From contig JAWLBL010000024.1 of the NCBI GenBank assembly GCA_041687695.1, positions 77,147 to 141,146 on the forward strand: a stretch of DNA of 64,000 nucleotides, in the 5' to 3' direction. The translations under genes and the position numbers were made by a program. The stretch's first letter is position 1; every line of letters starts with the position of its first letter. Source of the DNA: Myxococcota bacterium. GTDB lineage: Bacteria; Myxococcota_A; UBA9042; PHBI01; JAWLBL01. The notes below the pieces were generated by a model. That model ran no database searches. It was not told the DNA's origin and worked only from the letters and a program-made list of their open reading frames with translations. This document shows positions 33,739 to 43,085 of this stretch, one piece after another.

Positions 33739-35354
33739 ACACTCGCTTCTGCCCATCGTGCCGACGCAACTTCGGCAACCTCACCCGCTGCCCGCAGGAC
33801 GGCGAGCGCCTGCTCCCGTTGCCGATCGACTATCCGTCCGCCGGGACGGTCCTCGACGGCGACTACCAGCTGCTCGCGCCCATGGCCGCCGGCGGGATGA
33901 GCCGCGTCTACCGGGCCAGCGACCGGCACCACGGCCGCCCGGTCGCCGTGAAGGTGCTCGATCCGCGGCTCGCGGCGCACCCCTACACGATCGACCGCTT
34001 CTACCGCGAGGCGCGCGTGTCGCGGCTGCTCGAGCACGCCAACGTCGTCGAGGTCCACTCCTTCGGCCCGACGCCTCAGGGGCACCACGTCATTGTCATG
34101 GAGCTGCTCGGCGGCGAGAGCCTGGGCAGCGTCATCCGGCGGCTCGGCCGCCTGCCCTGGCAGCGCGCCCTGCACATCGTCATCGAGCTGTGCGACGCGC
34201 TGGGCCACGCTCACGGCCGGCGCGTCGTCCACCGCGACGTCAAGCCCGAGAACATCCAGCTCCTGGGCGCCCCCGGGCCCGACGAGCGCGTCAAGCTGCT
34301 CGACTTCGGCGTCGCCTACGTCGCCGCGGACGCCAGCTTCAGCGCCCCGGCGCCCGGCAGCACCAACGTCTCCGGGACCCCGGCCTACATGAGCCCCGAG
34401 CAGATCCGGGGCCAGCCGCTCGACGGGCGCAGCGATCTGTACGCCATCGGCGTCCTGCTCTTCGAGATGCTGACCGGCCAGCGCCCGTTCCTGGGCGACG
34501 ATCCGGTCGACGTGTGCCGAAAGCAGCTGTTCGAGCGGCCGCCCCTGCTCAGCGAGGTCCTGCCGCGGTCGATCCGGGTCCCTGCCGACCTGCAGACGCT
34601 GGTCAAGGAGCTGCTGGCCAAGTCGCCACGGAGCCGGGTGCCCGGCGTCGGGGCGTTGCTCGGGCGCCTGATGGCGATGCTGCCACCCGATCAGTGGCCG
34701 ACGCGCCTTCGCGCCAAGCAGCAGCGCAGCGGCCCGACGCGCGCGCCCACGCTGTGGGACAACGCGCCGTCCCGGCGCAACACGGTCGACGAGATCGTTC
34801 GCCCGGCGAAGACGCCGGTCGTGCTGCTCCACGTCGAGATCGAGTGCGCCGAGCGGGCCGCCCACGGCGCGGCGGCCTGGCCCGAGTCGGTCGATCAGGT
34901 GCTCGCGAAGTGGCGCGCCGTCATCGAGGAGACCGGCGGCTTCATCCAGCAGCCCGAGCCCGACAGCATGCAGGCGGTCTTCGGCCTGTTCACGCCGATC
35001 CAGGGCGCCGACGAGGTCCGCGAGGTCGTCGGTCACGCCGCTCGCCTGCGCGACATGCTCTTGCAGTACGGCACGCGGCCCGGGCTGCAGGTCGCGCTGC
35101 GGGCCTGCGTCACGCGGGCCGAGGTCCGCGATCCCGAGGCCGGGGTCGACATCGGGGCGGGGCTGACCGCGGCCGACGCCGGGGTGGTCAACCAGGTGGT
35201 CCGGATGACGCCGGCCGGCGGCGTGGTGGTGACCGCGCCGGTCGCGCAGCTGCTCGGCGGCACGCTCGAGCTCGAGCCGCTCGGGCACGTCCCGCTCGCG
35301 GGGCCGGCGGACGCGATGCCGGTGTACCTGGTGGCCGAGATCGACGGCTTCTGA
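33735..35354 (+). CDS. Ser/Thr kinase with N-terminal Zn-ribbon and degenerate class III cyclase-like C-domain
   Basis: CPSC..CPQD, VAVK, HRDVKPEN, DFG, GTPAYMSPE; C-domain resembles the cyclase fold. Confidence 0.88.
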   Translation: MNTRFCPSCRRNFGNLTRCPQDGERLLPLPIDYPSAGTVLDGDYQLLAPMAAGGMSRVYRASDRHHGRPVAVKVLDPRLAAHPYTIDRFYREARVSRLLEHANVVEVHSFGPTPQGHHVIVMELLGGESLGSVIRRLGRLPWQRALHIVIELCDALGHAHGRRVVHRDVKPENIQLLGAPGPDERVKLLDFGVAYVAADASFSAPAPGSTNVSGTPAYMSPEQIRGQPLDGRSDLYAIGVLLFEMLTGQRPFLGDDPVDVCRKQLFERPPLLSEVLPRSIRVPADLQTLVKELLAKSPRSRVPGVGALLGRLMAMLPPDQWPTRLRAKQQRSGPTRAPTLWDNAPSRRNTVDEIVRPAKTPVVLLHVEIECAERAAHGAAAWPESVDQVLAKWRAVIEETGGFIQQPEPDSMQAVFGLFTPIQGADEVREVVGHAARLRDMLLQYGTRPGLQVALRACVTRAEVRDPEAGVDIGAGLTAADAGVVNQVVRMTPAGGVVVTAPVAQLLGGTLELEPLGHVPLAGPADAMPVYLVAEIDGF

Positions 35355-35485
35355 GGGCGAATGCGGCCCGTCCGCTGCGGCCGCGCCTCGGGCCGGCTAG
35401 GTTCGGCCGTTCGAACTTGCGGGGACGGCGGCCCGATCCGTAGACTCCGTCGGATTCTGCCTTGGTACGCTTGCCCGGAGGACCC

Positions 35486-36598
35486 ATGTACGAGGTCTCC
35501 CACCACGCCCTCGATGACCAGATGACGGCATGCTTCGACCGGGTCGGCCTGGTCGGGCGCGAGCTGCGAGAGCGGCTCGGCCACGAGCTGAAGGCCAAGC
35601 TGGTCATGAGCGGCGGGCGAGACCCGGTCGAGGTCGTGGGCAGCGCGGGCGCCGGCAAGCACAAGGTCGTCGAGGCGGCGCACGCGGCGGCCACCGAGCT
35701 GCTGGGGCGGCGCGGCCCGCGCGTGAACCTGGACTGCGGCAGCCTGGCCGAGCCGGCCGGCCTCGAGGACGCGCTGGCCCGAGCGATGCGCGACGCCCGC
35801 GACGGCACCCTGGTCCTCGACCGCTTCGGCAAGCTGGGCGAGGAGCGTCGCCGGGCGGCCCTGTCCGCCGCCTCGCTGGGCGCCGGGCCCGAGCGTCCCA
35901 TCGTCCTCACCATCCGCCGCGACGTGGCGGGCGACACCCAGCCCAGCCCGGCCCAGCGCATCGAGGTGCAGCCCCTGCACGCCCGCGAAGAGGACATCTG
36001 GGACCTCATCGACCACTTCTTCGAGGCGGCCTCCGAGGACGCCGGCCTCGAGGGGTGCCGGGGCTTCAGCCGTCAGTCCAAGGCCGACATCGCCGAGGTG
36101 GTGCGCCAGACCGGCCTGGCCAGCGTGCGGCGGCTGCGCGAGATCGTCCGCGAGCTGGTCTTCGAGGCCGCCAGCGTGTCGCCCGCGCCCCTCAAGGTGA
36201 CCAGCGAGCTGGTCCGGCCCTGGCTCGAGCAGCACTGCGGGCAGACCACCGGCGACCGCCAGGCGCGCGACGCCGCCCTGGTCGCCAGCCAGTTCGACGC
36301 CCTCGCGGCGCGCTCGATGGTCGAGCGCTTCAGCGAGCTGCACGGCGTCCCGGCCGAGCTCATCCAGCGCCAGGCCGACCTCGTGCAAGAGATCATCGGC
36401 TACATCGACGACGTCCCCCGCAGCTACCGCAACATCGTCGACCGCGCCGAGGACATCCAGCGCGTCGGCCTGTGGCTGGTCACGGGCGCCGAGACACAGG
36501 CCGACTTCCGCCGCTTCTTCGGCGAGGAGCGCTTCATGCGCCCGACCAAGAGCGTCGCCTGGGCCTTCTTCAACCGGGTCTTCAAGCGAGACGTCTGA
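35486..36598 (+). CDS. Degenerate sigma54-activator-like AAA+ protein
   Basis: GSAGAGK Walker A, VNLDC, ARDGTLVLD, IEVQPLHAREEDI; GAFTGA absent. Confidence 0.65.
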   Translation: MYEVSHHALDDQMTACFDRVGLVGRELRERLGHELKAKLVMSGGRDPVEVVGSAGAGKHKVVEAAHAAATELLGRRGPRVNLDCGSLAEPAGLEDALARAMRDARDGTLVLDRFGKLGEERRRAALSAASLGAGPERPIVLTIRRDVAGDTQPSPAQRIEVQPLHAREEDIWDLIDHFFEAASEDAGLEGCRGFSRQSKADIAEVVRQTGLASVRRLREIVRELVFEAASVSPAPLKVTSELVRPWLEQHCGQTTGDRQARDAALVASQFDALAARSMVERFSELHGVPAELIQRQADLVQEIIGYIDDVPRSYRNIVDRAEDIQRVGLWLVTGAETQADFRRFFGEERFMRPTKSVAWAFFNRVFKRDV

Positions 36599-36600
36599 CG

Positions 36601-37353
36601 ATGGCGACCGCGTCCACAGCCGCGGCGGCCGCCCGGCCGGTCCGCGTCGCCGACGAGCTCCGCTGGGAGCTCGTGCGGGACGAGTGGGAGCTGCTGCTGG
36701 CCATCGGCTCGGGGCCGACGTCGGTCGCCGACCTGTGCCAGCGCCTGAGCGAGCCTACCGACGCGGTGGCCGCGCGGGTCCGGGTGCTGGTCGATCACCA
36801 GCTCGTGCAGCCGGTGGGCGACGGCTATGGCCTGGTGCCGGTCTTCCACCAGCGGCAGGAGGGGATGGCCTCGTACCTGCGCGACATGGTCATCAAGCGC
36901 CTGCAGCCGGCGGGTCCGCCGCCCATCGCGGGCGCGCTCCGCGACGGCCTGGGCGGCCCCGAGGCGGTGCGGACCCTCATCGCCGCGGCCGACGAGTCGC
37001 TCTTCCCGCCGGTCGTCGCCGCCGCCAGCCGCCCCGAGAGCGATCGGAGCGAGCGGTTCACGGTGTACTTCGCGGTCGCCAGCGACTGCCCGCCTGCGGG
37101 GCCGACGTCAGACACGCTGCAGGCCGGGCTCATGCGCGTCCTCCGCGCGGCGGCCGTGCAGCGCAGCCACCCCCAGCTGGCGCCGGGCGCCAAGCTGTGG
37201 ATCGCCGAGATGCGCACCGATCCCGAGGTCGCCGACGAGATCGGCGGCCTGTTCCAGTCCTTCATGCAGGCCGCGCCCGCCGGTTCCGGCGCGGGCGCGG
37301 CCGTCTTCGCCATCCTGCCGACCCCCTCGGGGGCGGCGGTGAAGCCGAGGTGA
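36601..37353 (+). CDS. Hypothetical protein with N-terminal winged-HTH-like segment
   Basis: GPTSVADLCQRL...VAARVRVLVDHQLV resembles ArsR/MarR wHTH; starts 2 bp after the upstream stop. Confidence 0.65.
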   Translation: MATASTAAAAARPVRVADELRWELVRDEWELLLAIGSGPTSVADLCQRLSEPTDAVAARVRVLVDHQLVQPVGDGYGLVPVFHQRQEGMASYLRDMVIKRLQPAGPPPIAGALRDGLGGPEAVRTLIAAADESLFPPVVAAASRPESDRSERFTVYFAVASDCPPAGPTSDTLQAGLMRVLRAAAVQRSHPQLAPGAKLWIAEMRTDPEVADEIGGLFQSFMQAAPAGSGAGAAVFAILPTPSGAAVKPR

Positions 37354-37358
37354 CGACG

Positions 37359-37871
37359 ATGTTCCGTCCCCAGCGATGCTCCACCCTCGTCGCCCTGCTG
37401 TTGGCCGTCGCCGTCGGGGTGACGCTCACGGCCCCGCCGGCTTCGGCGGGCATCATCGTGACCGAGGGCAAGATCACGACGCCCGCGGCGACCGCGCTGA
37501 AGGCGACGCGGCGCCGCGTGTACGTGGCTCCCAGCTCGACGCCGACCCCGAGCGCGGCCAACAGCGCGTACGCCACGCACGACGACGACCAGGCCGACGA
37601 GCCCGACGACCAGGGGCTGCCCGGTGAGCTGAGCGATCTCGACGGTCCTCCGCCCCCGGGCTACACCTGCCAGCTCCTCGCCGGCGGCCTCGAGGTGTGC
37701 GAGCCGACCAGCGCGACCTCGCCGCTCACGACGGGCGGGGCTACGGGCGCCTCGGTGGAGACCGCGGCGGCCCAGGGCTGTCAGGGCGGCGCCTCGAGCG
37801 CGCTGGCGGGTCTGCTGCTCGCGCTCGGCGGCTGGCTCTTCACGCGCCGCGGTCGCCGCGTCCAGGGCTGA
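37359..37871 (+). CDS. Small secreted protein with MYXO-CTERM-like sorting signal
   Basis: Signal peptide ending PPASA; C-terminal GCQGG-TM-RRGRR. Confidence 0.75.
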   Translation: MFRPQRCSTLVALLLAVAVGVTLTAPPASAGIIVTEGKITTPAATALKATRRRVYVAPSSTPTPSAANSAYATHDDDQADEPDDQGLPGELSDLDGPPPPGYTCQLLAGGLEVCEPTSATSPLTTGGATGASVETAAAQGCQGGASSALAGLLLALGGWLFTRRGRRVQG

Positions 37872-38103
37872 ACGCCTCGGAGGTCGCCTTCCGCGATGCA
37901 GGCGGCAGCGAAGGTCGCGGGTCCGCCGCGCACGCGGCGCCCACGGCGTCGCGTGCGGCGGCCGGGTGGGGGCGCGCCGGCTGGGCCGGTGCAATGCTCG
38001 GCCATGGGCGAAGCGCTCGTGATGCCGCCTGCGGGGGCGTCACGGCGGAGCCTGGGACGGTGACGCTTGCGCGGGCCGGGGAGCGGGGGGCGGCCGCTGG
38101 GCG

Positions 38104-41100
38104 CTACGGCGCGTAGAACGTGAACTGGTCGAGCGCCCAGGAGTCGCGCAGGAACAGGTTGAAGTCGCGGGTCGAGTGCTCGTCGATGTCGAAGTCGCGG
38201 TTGAGGACGCGCAGGATCTCGATGCGCTTGGGGCCCTGGCCGACGCCCTTGTGGCCGGCGAGCAGGCCCAGATCGGGCAGCGGCGCGGCGCCCGTGGGAC
38301 CGTCGACGATGAGGGTCCACAGCAGCGCGCCGGTCTCCTCGCGCAGGCTCAGCTGGCTGTAGTTCGCGTCGGGCCCGGACCACTTCCAGCCCAGGGTGAG
38401 ATCCCCCGAGGCGCTGCCGCCGTGAAGCGGCGAGGTCAGCACCGGGAAGTGGAGGATGGGCCCGAGGACGAAGGCCGCCTCCCCGACCACGCGCGCGGCG
38501 CCGCCGTCGGCCGGGGCGAAGACCCCCAGCGCGTGCGAGCGCCAGCCGGCCAGCTCCTCGGCCGTCCAGGCGCCGTCCTCGTACCGCAGCACCTGGCCGC
38601 CCTCACCGACCGCCAGCGCGCGGCCGTCGGGACGCACGGCGAGGGCCCGGAGATCGCGCGTCGCCCCGGTCTCCACCGCCGTGACGCCCTGCGCCACCGA
38701 ACCGACCAGCACGACGCCGTCGTCGCCGACCGCGATCAGCGCGTCGGCCTGGGGATCGAGCCACACCGCGTTGAGGTCCTGCGTCACCTTGGTCTCGACG
38801 GGCTGCCAGGCGCCAGCCGCGTCCCGGTGGAACAGCCGGCCGCCGCCGCCCACCGCGGCGATCCGGCCATCGGGCGCGACGGACACCCCCCGCAGGCTCT
38901 GCAGCCAGGCGGGGCCCTCGACGGTCCAGGCGGCGCCGTCCCAACGCCGCAGCCGAATCTGCCCGGCGGCGTACACCGGCTGTCCGGGCGCCGTGCCCAC
39001 CGCGCGATAGGCGTCCAGCGGCGCCTCGACGAGCTGCCAGGCCTGTCCGTCGAAGTGGACCACCGCGCCTGCGTCCCCGACCGCCCACAGGTCTTCGGCC
39101 GCGCGCCCGGCCAGGGCTCGCAGCGTCTGGTGGGTCGGGCTCGTCTGCGGCGTCCAGGACGCGCCGCTCCACAGGAGGATGGTCCCGCCCTGGCCGACCG
39201 CGAACACCTGGTCGGACGAGGCGCCCCAGATCCCGTGCAGATCGGCCTGCAGCTGCGTGGGCTCGAGCTGCCAGCCCGCGTCGGTCAGGACCGGGACGCG
39301 CTCTTGCACGATGCCGCGCACGTCCTGGATCAGGTTGTGCGTGCGCGGCAGCTGCATCGGCGTCGCGGCGCTGAGGGTCGTGTACAGGAAGTACGACGCG
39401 TCGTGCAGCTCGCCGCCGAGCGCCGCCAGCTGCCGCGGCGCGAGCCACAGGCCGTCGCCCCCGTCGACCAGCGGCCGGGTGAACGGGATGACGCCGTCCG
39501 AGCCCATGTCGAGCGAGATGGTGACGCTGGGGTTCATCATGCCGCCCGGCCAGGTCGGCGGGTCGTCGAGCCGCAAGCGGAAGGTGCGCTTGAGCGGGTA
39601 CTGCAGCGTGACGTCGAGGTCCTCCATGATGGCGCCGGAGGCCGCGAAGACGTGGCGCCGGACGCCCAGCACGGTGGGCGTGAACAGGCCGAGCTGGTCG
39701 CGGTAGCCGCCGAAGCAGACGATGGCGAGCTCGCCCAGGCGCCCCGAGGGCAGCTCGTAGGTCTGGCCGGGGCCGACCCAGCCGGTCGGCGGCGTGTAGC
39801 CGTCCGTCGCGAAGACGCTCTGCGGCGCGACGAAGCACCGGGCGATCTTCTCGCCCGGTGAGGGCAGGCAGCGCGTCCCGCCGGCCGACCCGCCGCAGAC
39901 GTAGCCGCCGGGGCAGTCCTGTGGGACCGAGCAGGCCTGCAGGCAGCGGTGCCCCTGCTCGGCCAGGTCGACGCAGGCGAACTCGGCCTGGCCCTCGGGG
40001 GTCTCGCACCCCAGCGCGGGCAGGCAGGCGGCGCAGTGGGCCGAGTCGGCGATGGCGGCCGCGTCGCAGCTGCCCGGTGGCGCGACCACGTACTTGCCGA
40101 GCCCGATGACCTGCCCGCGCAGGGTCGCCTCGGGCAGCGGATTGGTGATGCCACCCCCCCCGCCGGTCGGCGGCGGCGTGACCAGCGGGCGCAGGAAGAT
40201 GGTCACGTTCACGGCGTCGTAGTGGACCACCGAGTAGACGTCCATCTCCGGATGGCTGGCCGTCACGTCGACCGGGCCCTCGAGGCCGGGCTGGCTGAAG
40301 GTGACCTGCCCGGCGTCGTCGGTGGTCGCGACCAGCGGGGGCTCGCCCTTGCGCGCCACGACGACGGTCGCGCCGGCCACCGGTCCGTAGCCGCTGGTGC
40401 CGCGGACCGTGACGTTCAGCGTCTCGTCGATGGGCTCGCCCCAGGTGCCGCCGTAACCGGAGCGCGGGTCGTAGACGCTGAGCGCGGCGGGCAGGGTCGC
40501 CTCTCCGGTCGCGCCGACCACCCGGGCGTCCCAGGTGCCCACCTCGAGGCGCGGGCTGCGCACGTGCAGCTCGGCACTGGACACGCGCGCGATGAGCGGC
40601 GCCTCGACGTCGCCGACGAAGACCCGGGCGTCGTGCGGGAAGTCCGAGCCGTACACGCGCAGCCAGGTGCCGCCGGCCTGCGCGGCCATCGGCGGGGTGA
40701 CCAGATCCAGCGACAGCGCGCCGGTCAGGTATTGGAAGGCGTTGCCCAGCGTGCCCTCGTCGGGGCCCACGACGACCCGCACGTCCGCGCCGCCGGGCGA
40801 CCCGGGCGGCGTCCGCGCGGCCAGCTGCCCCGGGCCCTCGACGACCACCTGCGTGGCCGGCACGCCGCCCACGAACACCTTGGCGCCGGGGCCGAACCCC
40901 GCGCCCTTGACGACGAGCTCGGTCCCGCCGCCGACGGGGCCCGCGCCCGGCGTCACGGTGGCGACCGAGACGGGCGACGGCGCGAGCCAGGTCCAGGGCT
41001 GCCCGACGACGACCTCGTCGAAGGGAGAGGTCACGGTCACGTCGGCGGTGCCCGGCGCGCCCGCGGGGGCGACCACCTCGAGCCAGCCCGCCTCGGCGTG

Positions 41101-42258
41101 GGTGGCCACCACCTCGGCGACGGCCGGGCCGAAGCGCACCTCGACGCCGTAGTGCAGCCCGGTGCAGGCCAAGGCGACCTGGTCGCCGCCAGCGCTGGCC
41201 CCGCTGCTGGGCGCCAGCGTCGCGCAGGACAGCAGATACGGGTCCTGCGCGGGGTCGGAGTACACCCAGCCGTTGTCCAGGCGCCCCTGGCCCCAGCCGT
41301 TGGTCGCGGAGACGTCGACGATGTCCCCGGCGGCGCCCGCGGGGGCGCGGACCTCGACCCAGCGGCCGTCCTTGGCGCGCGCCACGACCGTCGCCTCGGC
41401 CGCGCCGAAGGTGACGAGCGTGTCGTCGGTGAGGCCGGCGCCCTCGAGGCGGACGACGGTCCCGCCCTCGGCCGGGCCGACCGGGGGCGAAAGGGCGGTC
41501 AGGGTCGGCGCGACGCGGTAGTGGTAGGCGCGGCGGGCCTCGGCGGTGGCCCAGGGGCTGCGGGCGTGGACGTGCACGCGGCCGGGGGTGCCGCCCAAGC
41601 TCTGCGGGGTGACGCCGGTCACGGTGCCGTCGTCGTGCACCTGGACGTCGATGGCCCGGCGCCCGCCGATGTAGACGAGGGTGTCCGGCGTGAACCCGGC
41701 GCCGGTCAGGGTGAAGGCCTCGCCGCCACGGGCGTGACCCTCGTCGGGGGTGATGGCGGCGATGGTCAGCGGGCTCTGGAAGGTGTAGGCCGCGTCGAGC
41801 GCGCGCGGCGCGCCGCCTTCGACGTCGGGGTGATAGACGGTTACGTCGACGACCCCGGCGGGGTGGGGCGGGGTGCGCACCATGGCGACCCGGTCGTTCA
41901 GGACGAAGACGTCGAGGGCGTGCGACTCGGCGAAGAGGACCTGGAGGCCTTCGCTGAAGCCGCTGCCGGAGAGCATCACCTCGGTGCCGCCCTGGGTGGC
42001 GCCGGTGGTCGGCTCGACCGCGGTCAGCAGGAAGCCGGCCGGCGCGGCGTCCGGAGGCGTCGGCAGGGCGTCGGCGTCGGGATCCGTCGGGTCGGGGATC
42101 GTGGGATCGCCGTGGTCGGACTGCGGCTTGGACGCGTCCTGGTCGAGGTCGACGAAGTCGTCGACCGACACGCACCCGGGGAGGGCGGCCCACGACAGGG
42201 CGATCAGCGCCGCGAGGAGGTGGGACCGACGCGGAGCGCGAGCGAGTGGGCGGGTCAT
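38104..42258 (-). CDS. Large surface lipoprotein with six IPT/TIG domains, a Cys-rich module and a beta-propeller
   Basis: LPGC lipobox-like motif; six PxxGxxxGGTxVxxxGxGF-type repeats; WAVGxxG propeller repeats. Confidence 0.88.
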   Translation of the reverse strand: MTRPLARAPRRSHLLAALIALSWAALPGCVSVDDFVDLDQDASKPQSDHGDPTIPDPTDPDADALPTPPDAAPAGFLLTAVEPTTGATQGGTEVMLSGSGFSEGLQVLFAESHALDVFVLNDRVAMVRTPPHPAGVVDVTVYHPDVEGGAPRALDAAYTFQSPLTIAAITPDEGHARGGEAFTLTGAGFTPDTLVYIGGRRAIDVQVHDDGTVTGVTPQSLGGTPGRVHVHARSPWATAEARRAYHYRVAPTLTALSPPVGPAEGGTVVRLEGAGLTDDTLVTFGAAEATVVARAKDGRWVEVRAPAGAAGDIVDVSATNGWGQGRLDNGWVYSDPAQDPYLLSCATLAPSSGASAGGDQVALACTGLHYGVEVRFGPAVAEVVATHAEAGWLEVVAPAGAPGTADVTVTSPFDEVVVGQPWTWLAPSPVSVATVTPGAGPVGGGTELVVKGAGFGPGAKVFVGGVPATQVVVEGPGQLAARTPPGSPGGADVRVVVGPDEGTLGNAFQYLTGALSLDLVTPPMAAQAGGTWLRVYGSDFPHDARVFVGDVEAPLIARVSSAELHVRSPRLEVGTWDARVVGATGEATLPAALSVYDPRSGYGGTWGEPIDETLNVTVRGTSGYGPVAGATVVVARKGEPPLVATTDDAGQVTFSQPGLEGPVDVTASHPEMDVYSVVHYDAVNVTIFLRPLVTPPPTGGGGGITNPLPEATLRGQVIGLGKYVVAPPGSCDAAAIADSAHCAACLPALGCETPEGQAEFACVDLAEQGHRCLQACSVPQDCPGGYVCGGSAGGTRCLPSPGEKIARCFVAPQSVFATDGYTPPTGWVGPGQTYELPSGRLGELAIVCFGGYRDQLGLFTPTVLGVRRHVFAASGAIMEDLDVTLQYPLKRTFRLRLDDPPTWPGGMMNPSVTISLDMGSDGVIPFTRPLVDGGDGLWLAPRQLAALGGELHDASYFLYTTLSAATPMQLPRTHNLIQDVRGIVQERVPVLTDAGWQLEPTQLQADLHGIWGASSDQVFAVGQGGTILLWSGASWTPQTSPTHQTLRALAGRAAEDLWAVGDAGAVVHFDGQAWQLVEAPLDAYRAVGTAPGQPVYAAGQIRLRRWDGAAWTVEGPAWLQSLRGVSVAPDGRIAAVGGGGRLFHRDAAGAWQPVETKVTQDLNAVWLDPQADALIAVGDDGVVLVGSVAQGVTAVETGATRDLRALAVRPDGRALAVGEGGQVLRYEDGAWTAEELAGWRSHALGVFAPADGGAARVVGEAAFVLGPILHFPVLTSPLHGGSASGDLTLGWKWSGPDANYSQLSLREETGALLWTLIVDGPTGAAPLPDLGLLAGHKGVGQGPKRIEILRVLNRDFDIDEHSTRDFNLFLRDSWALDQFTFYAP

Positions 42259-42264
42259 GGGGGC

Positions 42265-42294
42265 ATCATCGGGAGCGGCGCGGGGCCGTGTCAA
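42265..42294 (-). promoter_or_regulatory. Putative sigma70 promoter, probably giving a leaderless mRNA
   Basis: TTGACA-18 bp-GATGAT ending 6 nt before ATG 42258; no SD sequence. Confidence 0.55.
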
Positions 42295-42451
42295 ACCCCG
42301 GGTGTCGCCCGCATTCCCGTCACCTCGGCGAACGCCCGACCGGCTTCGTCGTTGCAGGGCGGCGGGCACCGTCGCTTGCCGGTCGCAGGGCAACCGATCA
42401 GAATCGCGGAGAGGGACAACCAAGCCTCCGACCCCACGTCGGAGGGCCTGC

Positions 42452-43084
42452 TTGGTCGCCTCGATCTCCCACATCCACCCCGCGAGGCTCGCCACGGCCA
42501 GCCAGGCAAAGGAGCGCGACCAGCTCGGCGCGACCGCCTCCGACGGCGTCGCCTCGGAGCGCGAGGCGCCGGACTTCGACACGGTCTACCGCCAGGAGCA
42601 GGGCCGCGTCCTGGCCGCAGTGCGGACCGTCATCGGGGCCTCCGACGAGCTCGAGGACGTGGTGCAGCTGGCCTTCATCGAGATCCATCGGTGCCTGCCG
42701 CGCTTCGAGGGACGCTCCAAGCTGTCGACGTGGGTGTATCGGATCGCGCTGAACGTGGCGCTGCAGCACCTGCGCAAAAAGCGCCGCAAGCGCTGGCTGA
42801 CCCTGGGGCTCAGCGGCGACGAGGCCAGCTACGAGCCGTGGCAGGTGGACGCCGTCCGCCAGCTGGAGGACCGGCAGGTGCTCGCGCGCGTCTACGAGGC
42901 GGTGGGGAAGCTGTCGGACAAGAAGCGGGTGGTGTGGACGCTGCATGAGGTGCAGGGCCTCGACCCGCACGAGATCGCCGAGATCCTCGAGATCCCGATG
43001 AACACGGTGCGCTCCCGGCTGCTGGCCGCGCGCAAGGATCTGATGGAGGCCCTCGAACGGCACGCCACCCGGCGGGAGGGCTGA
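42452..43084 (+). CDS. ECF RNA polymerase sigma factor
   Basis: EDVVQLAF, FEGRSKLSTWVYRIALN, EIAEILEIPMNTVRSRL; TTG start after GGAGG. Confidence 0.92.
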   Translation: MVASISHIHPARLATASQAKERDQLGATASDGVASEREAPDFDTVYRQEQGRVLAAVRTVIGASDELEDVVQLAFIEIHRCLPRFEGRSKLSTWVYRIALNVALQHLRKKRRKRWLTLGLSGDEASYEPWQVDAVRQLEDRQVLARVYEAVGKLSDKKRVVWTLHEVQGLDPHEIAEILEIPMNTVRSRLLAARKDLMEALERHATRREG

Positions 43085-43085
43085 G

